From positions 1,426,001-1,490,000 of the forward strand of contig CM035351.1 in assembly GCA_020137815.1 (NCBI GenBank): a stretch of 64,000 nucleotides of DNA, written 5' to 3'. Source of the DNA: Hormiphora californensis (lineage: Eukaryota > Animalia > Ctenophora). A program made the translations under genes and the position numbers. The number at the start of each line of letters is the position of its first letter. Position 1 is the stretch's first letter. Positions 44,637-57,362 of this stretch are shown here, piece after piece. The notes beneath the pieces are model-generated. The model worked only from the letters and a program-made list of their open reading frames with translations. It was not told where the DNA came from and did no database searches.

Positions 44637-45635
44637 TCTACGGCACCTAGAGGCTCACGCCTCAATAAATAGTTTTACGTTGTAGTTGATGAAAGTTTGA
44701 AACTTGTCCACAACTTCCAAAACACGCAAAAAGCATTCAATGTCAGTAGACTACGTCTTGGGACAACGCTTTATGCGGGCTGCCAACATGGCGAAGCACC
44801 ATAGCAAAAGCTGAAAAATTGGCCGTTGGGTGACAAAAAAAAAATAAAAAAGATTCTTTTTTATTTTTTTTAAAAGAACCGAAAATTTGGGAGGAAAAGA
44901 AATCGGCCGGGCAAATTTAACGTGCTTCAACGAACGCGCGCAATTTTAAGAACAAGATATTGCGCGTACAAGTTTTGCGCGCCGTAAGCGTTATGCTAGA
45001 TGCTGACGGCATCCAACTTTTATTTCTTTCGAGGGGCGCGTCGCGGTAGACCTTGTTCGTGCAACGGCCAGCGAAGAGGGCATGACCTGTTTCAGGAGGG
45101 GTGGCACACAGAAAACAATCATATTCATCTCAGAATAACATTTGCATGCACACAAATATTTAAACAAAATGTTAAACAGTTATGTAAGATGATGACGAAA
45201 ACAACAAGAACTAAGGTGCGTATGAATCATTTTTTGGAAAAAAATACTGAGATGAAGTACTTATATTCAGTCTATTATTTGAAGAAGAAACAAACAACAA
45301 ACGTCCTCTAAAAGAATGAATTAGAAATTTCTCTTAATCGCTTTCTCTCTCCATCCGTCATTCCTCTTCACGCACATAATAACTTCTTAACTTAGTGCTA
45401 TAGAAAACCCTGAGCCAGCCTTAGCACGTCTTGTTTCGGTATAAAATTCCAAAATCCACAACTAGTTTTTAAAAAACTAAAAAAATGGATTCACCACTCA
45501 ATTTTATTCACTATATATCTACCAATTCTCATCTCTACCTACGTGTCAACTGCAGATGTGTGTACAAAGTAGAGGGCAAATTATTGCTAGGACTTGCATA
45601 CGAAAATCTATCTCAGACATATACTAGGAATATCT

Positions 45636-45763
45636 AGGGGATATTGATAAATATGGATAGCCCGGATAACTCGAATTATCAGTGTGAAATAATCACTGAT
45701 TATCATAGACTGTGAATCACAACTCATAATTATCCGGGCTATCTGAATTTATCGATATTCCCT
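45636..45763. mobile_element. ~128-bp palindromic mini-MITE downstream of the DLGAP-like stop codon
   Basis: AGGGGATATTGATAAATATGGATAGCCCGGATAA ... TTATCCGGGCTATCTGAATTTATCGATATTCCCT. Confidence 0.65.
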
Positions 45764-45854
45764 TCTCACTTGTTTCTCTCCTAAACCCATTCTAAACCCT
45801 TCTCTCTACTTTTACTACATGCCCATTTTCAACCCTTTCCTCACTACATCATGG

Positions 45855-48800
45855 TTATGTTATCAGGATTTCAGGTGTCGTACTCTGAGCTAATTTAGCT
45901 TTCATCTCCTGTCTCTTGGCTGCTAACAACCTCCTCCTCTCCTCATCTCGGGCCTTGGCAGCTGCTGACTTTCCTTTTGGAGCTATCTTCTTTTTTACTG
46001 GTGTAGCATTGTGGCTGTCCAATCTCTTCTTGGGCATCTATGAGGAAAATTAGTTATTGTATTTCCTCTCTCTCACTCGATATATGTTATAATTCGTGTT
46101 ATTAATGCTCATATAACCGACACGTCATGATTTACACACACTTACCGGTGATTTAGGAACTATCCAGTGTTCACTTTTTAGACGGTGTAGGGAAATAAAC
46201 GTAGCTTTGATATCATCAACCTGCAGGGTGGGGGGGGGGGTTAGAATTATTTCAACCGGGGGCGGGGAGGAGGGGTGTAAGTATCGGGGGATGGGGTTAG
46301 AACTGTATGTATCGGGGGAGGGGTTAGAACTGTATGTATCGGGGGATGGGGTTAGAACTGTATGTATCGGGGGAGGAGTTAGAACTGTATGTATCGGGGG
46401 AGGGGTTAGAACTGTATGTATCGGGGGAGGGGTTAGAACTGTATGTATCGAGGGAGGGGTTAGAACTGTATGTATCGGGGGAGGGGTTAGAACTGTATGT
46501 ATCGAGGGAGGGGTTAGAACTGTATGTATCGAGGGAGGGGTTAGAACTGTATGTATCGGGGGAGGGGTTAGAACTGTATGTATCGAGGGAGGGGTTAGAA
46601 CTGTATGTATCGAGGGAGGGGTTAGAACTGTATGTATCGGGGGAGGGGTTAGAACTGTATGTATCGAGGGAGGGGTTAGAACTGTATGTATCGGGGGATG
46701 GGGTTAGAACTGTATGTATCGGGGGAGGGGTTAGAACTGTATGTATCGGGGGATGGGGTTAGAACTGTATGTATCGGGGGAGGAGTTAGAACTGTATGTA
46801 TCGGGGGAGGGGTTAGAACTGTATGTATCGATCGAGGGAGGGGTTAGAACTGTATGTATCGGGGGAGGGGTTAGAACTGTATGTATCGAGGGAGGGGTTA
46901 GAACTGTATGTATCGGGGGATGGGGTTAGAACTGTATGTATCGGGGGAGGGGTTAGAACTGTATGTATCGAGGGAGGGGTTAGAACTGTATGTATTGGGG
47001 GAGGGGTTACAGGGCCCACGACACGGAATTTTTCCAGGGGGGGCCGGAGCACCGGAATTTTTGAGATGCGCACGCGACGACGGTGCCGCGAAGCGGCGCC
47101 GGAGGAGCAGCTGCAGGGGGTTTGGGGGCCGCAGGCCCCCAATGGGGTCCAGGGGTGAAGCCCCTGGTGGGGGTCTAGGGGGCGAAGCCCCCGGAAAAAT
47201 TTTAGACTTTTAACCGATTTTTACTCATTTTAGGCATTTAGAAGTCCATCTCCACCTTCTTTCTGTTTACGTAGAACCTGTATGTCTCGAAGGGGGCGCC
47301 GGAGGAGCAGTGGCATGGGGTTTGGAGGCCTTAGGCTCCCTATGGGGTCAAGGGGTGAAAATTTAGACTTTTTAACCGATTTTCACTCATTTGAGGCACG
47401 TAGAACCTGTATATGCCTTGGAGGGGGCGAAGCCCCCGAAAATTTAGAATTTCAACTGATTTTCATGCATTTTTTACATTCTCTACGAAATATTTCAATA
47501 AAATTCCCATGTTTGGTAAATCCCAGGGGGGGGCCCGGCCCCCCCTGGCCCCCCCGGTGTCGTGGGCCCTGGGTTAGAACTGTATGTATCGGGGGAGGGG
47601 TTAGAACTGTATGTATCTGGGGAGGGGTTAGAACTGTATGTATCGGGGGAGGGTTAGAACTGTATGTATCGGGGGAGGGGTTAGAACTGTATGTATCGGG
47701 GGAGGGGTTAGAACTGTATGTATCGGGGGAGGGGTAAGAACTGTATGTATCGGGGGATGGGGTTAGAACTGTATGTATCGGGGGACTGGGGTTAGAACTG
47801 TATGTATCGGGGGAGGGGTTAGAACTGTATGTATCGGGGGAGGGTTAGAACTGTATGTATCGGGGGAGGGGTTAGAACTGTATGTATCGGGGGAGGGGTT
47901 AGAACTGTATGTATCGGGGGAGGGGGTTAGAACTGTATGTGTCGTGGGCCCTGGGTTAGAACTGTATGTATCGGGGGAGGAGTTAGAACTGTATGTATCG
48001 GGGAAGGGTTAGAACTGTATGTATCGGGGGATGGGGTTAGAACTGTATGTATCGGGGGAGGGGTTAGAACTGTATGTATCGGGGGACTGGGGTTAGAACT
48101 GTATGTATCGGGGGAGGGGTTAGAACTGTATGTATCGGGGGAGGGGTTAGAACTGTATGTATCGGGGGATGGGGTTAGAACTGTATGTATCGGGGGAGGG
48201 GTTAGAACTGTATGTATCGGGGGATGGGGTTAGAACTGTATGTATCGGGGGAGGGGTTAGAACTGTATGTATCGGGGGAGGGGTTAGAACTGTATGTATC
48301 GGGGGAGGGGTTAGAACTGTATGTATCGGGGGAGGGGTTAGAACTGTATGTATCGGGGGAGGGGTTAGAACTGTATGTATCGGGGGAGGGGTTAGAACTG
48401 TATGTATCGGGGGAGGGGTTAGAACTGTATGTATCGGGGGAGGGGTTAGAACTGTATGTATCGGGGGAGGGGTTAGAACTGTATGTATCGGGGGAGGGGT
48501 TAGAACTGTATGTATCGGGGGATGGGGTTAGAACTGTATGTATCGGGGGAGGGGTTAGAACTGTATGTATCGGGGGAGGGGTTAGAACTGTATGTATCGG
48601 GGGAGGGGTCAGAACTGTATGTATCGGGGGAGAGGTTAGAACTGTATGTATCGGGGGAGGGGTTAGAACTGTATGTATCGGGGGAGGGGTTAGAACTGTA
48701 TGTATCGGGGGAGGGGTTAGAACTGTATGTATCGGGGGAGGGGTTAGAACTGTATGTATCGGGGGAGGGGTTAGAACTGTATGTATCGGGGAAGGGTTAG

Positions 48801-49885
48801 AACTGTATGTATCGGGGGATGGGGTTAGAACTGTATGTATCGGGGGAGGGGTTAGAACTGTATGTATCGGGGGACTGGGGTTAGAACTGTATGTATCGGG
48901 GGAGGGGTTAGAACTGTATGTATCGGGGGAGGGGTTAGAACTGTATGTATCGGGGGATGGGGTTAGAACTGTATGTATCGGGGGAGGGGTTAGAACTGTA
49001 TGTATCGGGGGATGGGGTTAGAACTGTATGTATCGGGGGAGGGGTTAGAACTGTATGTATCGGGGGAGGGGTTAGAACTGTATGTATCGGGGGAGGGGTT
49101 AGAACTGTATGTATCGGGGGAGGGGTTAGAACTGTATGTATTGGGGGAGGGGTTAGAACTGTATGTATCGGGGGAGGGGTTAGAACTGTATGTATCGGGG
49201 GAGGGGTTAGAACTGTATGTATCGGGGGAGGGGTTAGAACTGTATGTATCGGGGGAGGGGTTAGAACTGTATGTATCGGGGGAGGGGTTAGAACTGTATG
49301 TATCGGGGGAGGGGTTAGAACTGTATGTATCGGGGGATGGGTTAGAACTGTATGTATTGGGGGAGGGGTTAGAACTGTATGTATCGGGGGATGGGTTAGA
49401 ACTGTATGTATCGGGGGAGGGGTTAGAACTGTATGTATCGGGGGATGGGGTTAGAACTGTATGCTCATTGTTCACAGGAGAAGGAAACTGTGTGTACGTG
49501 GGCGGACCCTTGTAAGGAGGGGGGGGGGGTCACAAAGAGGATAGTTTATAGGAAGAGTTGAATATTATTATTATATATGTGGGGTGGGGAAACATAAAGG
49601 AGGAAATTTTATTTGCTCCTTTCCAAGTCCATGTGTTCTTGAATGGGACAGAGAGAAGGAGACAGAGAGAGCGAGAGAGAGATATTTTAGATTGAGGTAG
49701 AGGATTGAGAAATAGATTTATTCCTTTTTCAAACATTTCCCCTCTCCTCCTCACTCGTCACTCAGTGACCCAAGCAGTTTCAAAATTTAGACTAAAGGTT
49801 GAAAGGAAAATGTATGTAAGCCGATCATCATTTTGTATGCGAGAAATCTACATGAGATATCGTGCCAGGGTGTTCTCTCTCTCTA

Positions 49886-49963
<78 letters not shown>

Positions 49964-50754
49964 ACCCATAGAAGCCCACGTGTACCAACCTGTAAGAGGA
50001 TGAGCTCCCAGAATCCCTGCATGTCATCGGCAGTCACTTTCCGCGTCGTCTTCTGCAATGGAGGAATGTTAAGATCAGCCGAAGACTTGCAACGTATTTG
50101 TAAAATGCAAGTAGAGCATAGTAAGATCATTTTGTATGGTCGGGGGGGGGGGGGAGAGAGAAATCAGGAAATAAACCTAGATCATAGTTAGCTCTGGGGG
50201 ACCTAGTGAGGCTGATTATTCTGCTAGACAAGATAGAAAGGGTATAATTTGTGAAGCCAACATTGGCTGAATAGAACAATAGGAATGGGAGGAAGGGAAA
50301 GAATGGGGAATAGATAGAGAAAGGGAAGCTAGCCAGGTGGCTCGTGGCCTGTGTACAGTGTACACATGTGTATTGGGCCTGATACCGACTCTGTTGTGGG
50401 TCCATTAATGTGACCCCATCAGTGTATGCATGCTAGATTAATAGTGAGAGTGGGAGAGGAGAGAGGGACAGAGAGAGATAGGGAGAGAGACAAGGTAGAA
50501 GAGAGAAAGAAAGAGAAGGAATAGAAAGAAAGAAAGAGAAGGAAATAAGAAAAAGAGAGAGATAGAGATATAACATGCCATGTCATACGCGGGGCACAGT
50601 AATGAGATTGGATACATATTATAACACAGCCTGGGTTCACCGAGAACGCCCCAGTTATAATAACTTGACTACCACTCCCTGTTTTTGAGGAAATGAATCA
50701 TTTGCCCACCCATGGAGTGCACTTGGGCGGTTAGAGAGAGAGGGAGAGAGAGAG

Positions 50755-50804
<50 letters not shown>

Positions 50805-53724
50805 AAAGACGTGTCAATCAAATCATGCCTAAAAAGTTACTTTGAAGGAAAGTTCTTCTTGCACAAGACTTGATGGAATAATATAAAAACGGTAGATCGA
50901 TCAACTGCAATCATGGCCATAAATGGCATTATCATGATAATATTATCTATCATAATAAGGTTCCATGGTTGATTTCCATGTTGCACATTTTACACCACCC
51001 CAATGATGCAGCAATGTACACACAGAAACACACTCTCTTCCTCTCTATCCGGCTATCCCCTTCTTTGATCTCTCTATCTATCCCTCTCTATCTCTCTCCC
51101 TCTCTCTCTGTCTCAACATATAATATTATACACCCGTTAATCCTCTCAAGTGGCTTGCTGCACCTGTGTGTAAACTGTGTCTGTGTGTGTGTGTGTGTGT
51201 AATTGGTGCAGCTCTGCAGCTCTGTAGGACTAGCGGAACTACTACGTCAGCGCCCCAATTACTACAGATTACATCACATCCTCCTTTCTCTCTGCCCCCC
51301 CTCCCATCCCCTCTGCATATTATATTGTAACATCATGGCCACCCCCCCCCCCTTACTATTCCGTATTCAATAGTGAGGTGATTTTCTCACGAGCTCAGTA
51401 AAGTTGACTGTGACAGGGGCCTAGAGTCAGTAAGACGTGTCATATTATATGCGAATGCCGGATATTTATTCAACAAGCAATCATAGCTTAGTTATATATC
51501 CCCACATAGACAAAGTTTAATATTTTTGTAGAGAAAAGAAGTAACGTTTTAGAAAACTTGGGCCTAGTACCATGGTGCCCCGATATTGCAAACCCCTGTA
51601 ATTCTTTTGGCAATCGGGGCACAGTGAAGCTGGGTATAATCGTGGGTTGAATAAAGTAAGATTCGCAGTTGGTAAAATGTTGAGAGAATGACGTAGGTTG
51701 ACGTGCAATGTGCAATAAGGCGATTGAAAGGTTTTAAAACCAATCTTATTTGGTATATCGCTGCTAAGATTAATGAGAAGGGCAGCCTCATCACTACATA
51801 CCTCGTATTCATAACACAGCTCCCTGTACTGTTTGAACTTGGATGTTAGGAGAAGGTTAGCTTTCCCGCAGCATGCCATCACTCGCCCACCAGCTGAAAG
51901 AAGGGTGGGTTACAATTTGGAGATATTATAGCATTATTTCTTGCAGGGGAAAGAAACCGCATTGAATTACCAAGGACTCGCCCGAGACAATTGGTGAACA
52001 GAGAGAGAGAGAATGGGAGAGAGAGAGAGTGAGAGAGAGAGAGAGAGAGAGTGTGTGTGAGAGAGAGAGAGAGAAAGAGAGAGAAAGAGAGAGAGAAACT
52101 ACTGATTCAAGGGATAAAAGAAGGGAAATAATGAGAAAATGAGAACATTTGCATTGTGCTGCAATCAGTCCATTATTGTCAGGGTTTTAGTGAATAGGTA
52201 ATTGCATAGCTATTACTATCGCCTAGACTAAGCTATACCTATTACCTACCACCCAAAGCCCGATCATATCTCTCGATTCTCCCTCCCTCTTTCTAGCTTT
52301 CTCTCCCTCTGACTCTCACTCACTCACTCTCTCACTTTCTTCTCGCCCATCTTCCCGGCTGTACCATGATGATAATGAAACCCAAGACGACGGCACACTG
52401 AAATTGAAAGGAAGCGCCCTTTCCAGGAGAGAGAGAGAGAGATCGTGACAGCAAAATTGGAGAGATCGTGTTTCGAGAGACCATAGAAGAGTGTCTCTGG
52501 GTGTGTGTGATCGTCCTTGACAGCCAGGTACTGGCTATAGCTGTCAGAGTGTGGTCACTGATTGTGTGTGCGATCTACCCTATCCTCCCCTACCTACCTA
52601 CTCAGCAAACAATCGTGGTCAGCAGTGTGTGTGATAATGAGAGACACTCACACTATATACCACTACTGCAGAGCTGTTGATAGCCATTACACACTCAATG
52701 GGCCGCCCTTTATCCCACCCGCACTGATTTCTAGATACTTCCCACCACAAATTGTCCACAAATTGTCAATGTTATAATAATAATACACGGCTCACCGCAC
52801 AATTCACAGTGGTTTCATTTCGCTCACCTTCTTCAGATACTGAGCTGGCTTCCTCGGTCAGTCCAAGGAAATACTCCCTCTCTGCTGACAAAAACTCAGC
52901 CGTTTCATTGACCATTTTTAAAAAGATGTTATTAGCTCTAATTTCCTCATCTACTAAATTCTCCTCCTCTTCCACCTCCTCCTCCTCTTCCTCGATTGCA
53001 TGGCCATTAGTAACCACTATGTGACCATTCTGAAGACTATCTCCATTCTGAAGACTATCTTCGTCTGATACAACTGTCTCTGGTTTACTCAAGCACAAAT
53101 CTGATAGGTTCACAATATCTGGCTGCTCTATAACTAACGAACCATCCGGTTCTATTGTCCTTGTCCTCTCTGTGGTCATGTTGTTGCACGTCGAGGTGTT
53201 CTCTGTGTTTTCGGCGATGGTACTCTTGGAGCACAGGAGGGGATCTATCACAATAACGTCACCGCGGACCCTGTTCCCGCACGTGCTCTCCTCACTTCCC
53301 GTCCTGGACCGGGATGAGGTACTGCTGTCGTCCCTTGTCTCCACTGGTCTGAGAAGGGCTCTGATCTGGAAACATGAGAAAAGTGAGGAACAAGTTGAGC
53401 GCTTCTTTTTCCGTTTGTTACGGCAACACCCCATGATACTGCTCAACAACAAGAAAAGGCAAAGCAGGTAGTAAGAAAAGGGAGCGTGTCAGATAACACA
53501 CACAAGATAAGACAACTCTCTCTCTCTCTCACCTGAGCTAGCGCTGTTACATTCTCAGCTGTGGTATATCGGATACGGGGTGAGGTGCACTTGTCACAGG
53601 GGGAGGTGGGGGATGTTACTGGCATCTGGGCTGCATCTCGTCCTCCATCAAACATGCGGCGGAGTTGATCAAACTTGTTGCGGTTCATGGGTATCCAATG
53701 GAGATCTGTATCAGAGAGCGCCAT
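45855..53724 (-). CDS. GKAP/SAPAP (DLGAP) homology-domain protein
   Basis: Phase-consistent exons 53724-53533, 53365-52828, 51893-51802, 50052-49990, 46220-46146 and 46037-45855. They give ...SVSEEAGGRVMACCGKANLLLTSKFKQYRELC...DDMQGFWELILLQVDDIKATFISLHRLKSEHW...RRRLLAAKR, matching the GKAP GH1 domain pattern (GSAQLL..QKF.QF..LC, DL.GFWD.L, R.RL.AAK). Confidence 0.82.
46282..49463. repeat. 27-bp G-rich minisatellite (~95-100 units) in a DLGAP-like intron, split by a MITE
   Basis: Unit GGGGTTAGAACTGTATGTATCGGGGGA with 26-28-bp variants. It explains the GGVRTVCIG/EGLELYVSG ORFs. Confidence 0.97.
47010..47571. mobile_element. 562-bp MITE with 15-bp TIRs and a 5-bp TSD
   Basis: TIR CAGGGCCCACGACAC...GTGTCGTGGGCCCTG, with GGTTA duplicated at 47005-47009 and 47572-47576. 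Confidence 0.88.
49875..49960. repeat. (CT)n microsatellite
   Basis: Near-pure CT run. Similar GA runs occur at about 50733-50802, 52000-52095 and 56327-56399, and a CA run at about 57172-57205. Confidence 0.95.
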
Positions 53725-53893
53725 GGCTACAATAGTGGGGGTGGTGTTAATTAGTGTTAGAAGATACTTGATAGTACATGACCCAAAATCGCAGGTGATG
53801 CAAAGACAGTGGGACACCCTGCAGTAGTAGTAGTGGTGTTAGAACTTATTAGAGTTAATGGCAGTAGTGGTGTTATAAGATGCAATAGTAGTA

Positions 53894-54759
53894 CAGTCGG
53901 ACCCCGATTTAACGGCACCCTCGGGGGAAAGGGTTTTGTCCGTTAAATCGGGGTGTCCGTTAAATCGGGGTAGAGCATATTTGGCCCATAAAACCCTATT
54001 TTTGTCCAAAATGCTATACTAAAACACCTCTAAGTGTTAAATGTAATGTCCATGTATTGATTACATGATAATTTCTGATTAGAAAAGTTTTTTAAATTTC
54101 AGAAAAAGTTATAAAAATTTTCTAAGGTACTACAATATCAACCACGTCCGAATCGTTTATCGAATCAGTGCATCTTATCGCATGTCTTGCTGCTAATTAG
54201 ACGGTTCGAAACGAACCGATACGTGATACCATGCCGAATCGGGGCACTTTAAGCGGGTGAGGAAGAATTTGAATTTCAAAATATATTTTTCTCTGAAAAT
54301 TCATGGGGAGCACCGATCAAAGCATTGACAATCATTCTGTAAAATTTTGCAAAAAAAAGTTGTGAAATTTTTTTCAAAGGCAGGCATATCAACCACGTCC
54401 GAATCGTGTTTCGAATCAGTGCATCTTATCGTACGTCCTGTCGCTAATTAGACGGTTCGAAACGAACCGACACGTGATCCCCATGGGGCCAGTTTAACGA
54501 GCGTCAAAATTGCGATTCGATAGGCCTCATGGGGATCACATATCTGTTCGTTTCGAATCGTCTAATTACCGGCAAGACATGCAATAAGATGCACCGATTC
54601 GAAACACGATTCGGACGTGGTTGATACACCTTTGAAAAATTTTCAAAGAATTTTCAAAAAAATTTCAAAAAAAAATTCAAAAAGTTTTTGGGGGAAATTT
54701 ATCCTGCCGTTAAATCGGGGTGCCGCTAAATCGGGGGCCGTTAAATCGGGGTCCGACTG
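53894..54759. mobile_element. pogo/Tigger-like (Tc1/mariner superfamily) MITE
   Basis: TIR CAGTCGGACCCCGATTTAACGG...CCGTTAAATCGGGGTCCGACTG, with a TA TSD at 53892-53893 and 54760-54761. Subterminal CCGTTAAATCGGGG repeats. An internal ~95-bp unit occurs twice in direct orientation (~54135, ~54387) and once inverted (~54528-54627). Confidence 0.9.
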
Positions 54760-55701
54760 TACTAGTGACTAGTGGTGGTGTTAGACGATACTACAGATCA
54801 GTAGTAGTGGTGGTGTTAGTACTAGATTACACAACAAATGAGTAGTCTAATGGCAGATCATGGGAAACAGGTGTGTGTGTGTGTGTGTTTAGTACCTCCC
54901 AACATTCCGACCCACTTAGCTGTCATGTAAGACGAGACAGCCTGCCCCTAGGAATTCACCTCTCGCCACATGTCCCCACACAAAAAGGTCACGTGTCGGT
55001 GTTCTCCAGGTCGAGCCTGGGTTCGTCCAGCAGGCCGCGCAGAGGGGATAGGGGATCTTACTCCCCCCCTCCTTGCTGCCCGCTGAGTTCCCCCTGCCCT
55101 GTTTGGCACCGCGAGAAAGGTATTGCATACGAAGGAAGTAGACGCCCGTCTATTACAAGGACAGTGGCGGAATTTACCTGTCCGAGTGACTGGTCTCTGG
55201 TTACTACTGTTGCAAGCAACTGTAGAAGTAGGTGGGTTGCCGGATACGATGTAACGATGGTTCACTGTAGCGGACTACGGTGTCGCTGACAACGTATCTT
55301 ACACATCTCAGGCTTTGGGTCGGTACCCTTAGTATGACAGATCTGCCTACGGCCTGGGAGTCCGGCGACTATTTTCCAATAGCGGTAGCTTTAAATCGAT
55401 TCACACTGGCAAGCATTTGCTAAGTATCAGCTTCCAGAGGCGGCACTTTGCGTTTTCTAATGTCTCCAGAGATGTCTGGCCGTAGGTGGTCCTGTTGACC
55501 TCGACCTGCCCGGTGGTCACGGGCTCTTATCGATCATATTAACACCATAAGTATTTCCCCCTCGTATTCGTGAATACTCTTCAGATCATAGATTTTGGCG
55601 GGGGGATTGCAATTGTTTAGGCTACATTTTGCCATGCGAGGTTAGGTTTGGTATATGCACTGCCGAAGCAGTACAGTTTGTCTAATGTGTCATGTGTGAC
55701 A

Positions 55702-55802
55702 GGGGTGCCAATTGTGACTGGGTCACTGGCGGGGGTGCCAATTGCGACTGGGTCACTGGCGGGGTTCCAATTGCGACTGGATCACTGGCGGTGTTCCAAT
55801 TG
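55702..55802. repeat. ~30-bp tandem repeat, about 3.5 copies
   Basis: GGGGTGCCAATTG(T/C)GACTGGGTCACTGGCG units. Confidence 0.85.
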
Positions 55803-56332
55803 ATGGGAAACAGGTGAGGGATAGAGTTCTCTATCAGAGAGACATGATGCAATGACCCCCCCCCCCCCTCACACACAAAGATGAGGGATGAGAGGATTCG
55901 ATCATGAGACCACACATACTACACGCAGAATTAGTTAGTTGTGAGCTTCTTCTTACGCTGGGAGAGAATGAGAAAAAGAAGATAGAGAGAGAGAGAGAGA
56001 TAATAGTAGAATGAGAGATAGAGAAAGCCGGAGCAAAATATAGGTAGGTTGGAAGGAAAGAAGCAATAAAAGAGGGAGTAAGGAACACATAGTATGGTAG
56101 TTGTTGAGAAAATAGAAAGCGGAATTAAACTATCTTCAAGGACAAACATTGGACCACAGAGGGTTGTGGGAAGGAGGGTTCTGAATAAACTGTGGAGATA
56201 ATTTGTCTTGTTCAGACTGGGAGACCTCTCCCCTGAGAACAGCAGCAGGATGGTACAACAAGAGATAATGGGCTCTGGAGCAGAGGGGAATAATTGGGAT
56301 CCTACAAAAGAATAGCCTTGCTTGTGGAGAGT

Positions 56333-56400
<68 letters not shown>

Positions 56401-57169
56401 AACATTAACCATGTCGCTAATTTTGGGTAGACCTAGCATTGACCGAGTTAGACTGAGCTTTTAAATCTACCGACATAGGACTACAAAAGGAGAGAGAAGT
56501 TGAGAGAGATAGAGCGAGAATGAGAGTCGAGAGAGATCGTAATATGGATAGATAGATAGAGGGTGAGAGAAAGAGCGAGATAAAGACAGAGAGATGGGTT
56601 AGAGAATGCCAGAAGATTAAAATAAAGTAAGATTTAAACACCAGCTGGCATGCATGTTGGGTTGAAGGAGGGCATTATAACTGTACATAATGGATTATTC
56701 TACAAGATGGATACAATGCGAGACTCAATTCTCACTCTCCAACTAACAAGTTGGCCAGAATTAATATGCAGATGTGCATTAGGATGAAACATACACAACT
56801 CTACATAGTTAGAAGACTGGTGTGGGGACTCTCTCTCTTTACAGCTCTGCTCTACAGTTCTATTGGGGGTGAAAACAGGAAGTGCTACACTTGTACTGCA
56901 GTGTGCGTGGGTTGCATGATACAACATGATGGGTTGCAGTAGGGGAGACAACAAGGCTATCTTGAGAGGTAGAGTCTCCGTCCAACCTGTCGTCTCTTGC
57001 TCTGTCTTCCCACCTCAGCAGTAGACTTCCAAGCTTCTTCCTTCCTCTCCACACCGTGTTAATGTTTGTATAATAGTCAGAGTTGGCAAGTAGAGTCCAA
57101 AATATAGAGGAAGTCAGTGAAATATAATAGTGTCGTCTGTTTAATAATGTGTACTTCCCTTAATTGTTA

Positions 57170-57207
<38 letters not shown>

Positions 57208-57362
57208 GATATGAGATGTAGTACAATGGCCTCAGTGTGTGTAAGGAGGGAGAGCTAGGAGTATGACAAAAGCAACCGGATATTGAAACTTCAAACTCAA
57301 ACCAGCAAATAAAACAGGATAAAATTTCAAACCACAAGCCAAACAACAATAAATCATTTGAG

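Larger units (their letters stand above)
38833..44830 (-). mobile_element. Full-length-looking L2-group LINE (L2B-like ORF1)
   Basis: Two intact ORFs. The 3' region has internal poly(A) tracts, and there is a (TGA)6 tract at 38833-38850 that may be the tail. The 5' end is about 44800-45100 and uncertain. Confidence 0.85.

Noticed and set aside
39808-44835. CGTTGGGT(C/G)ACA as the TSD of the L2 LINE
   Set aside because: The 11/12 match does not abut either poly(A) tract or the (TGA)n tail, so it cannot be supported without other copies.
46282-49463. Interstitial telomere (GGGTTAG in each unit)
   Set aside because: Only one partial TTAGGG-like motif per 27-bp unit and no (TTAGGG)n run.
46207-49515. 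Repetitive ORFs (GGVRTVCIG / EGLELYVSG / PSPDTYSSN) and a possible CRISPR-like array
   Set aside because: These are translations of a 27-bp intronic minisatellite. Units are contiguous with no unique spacers, there are no cas genes, and the context is eukaryotic.
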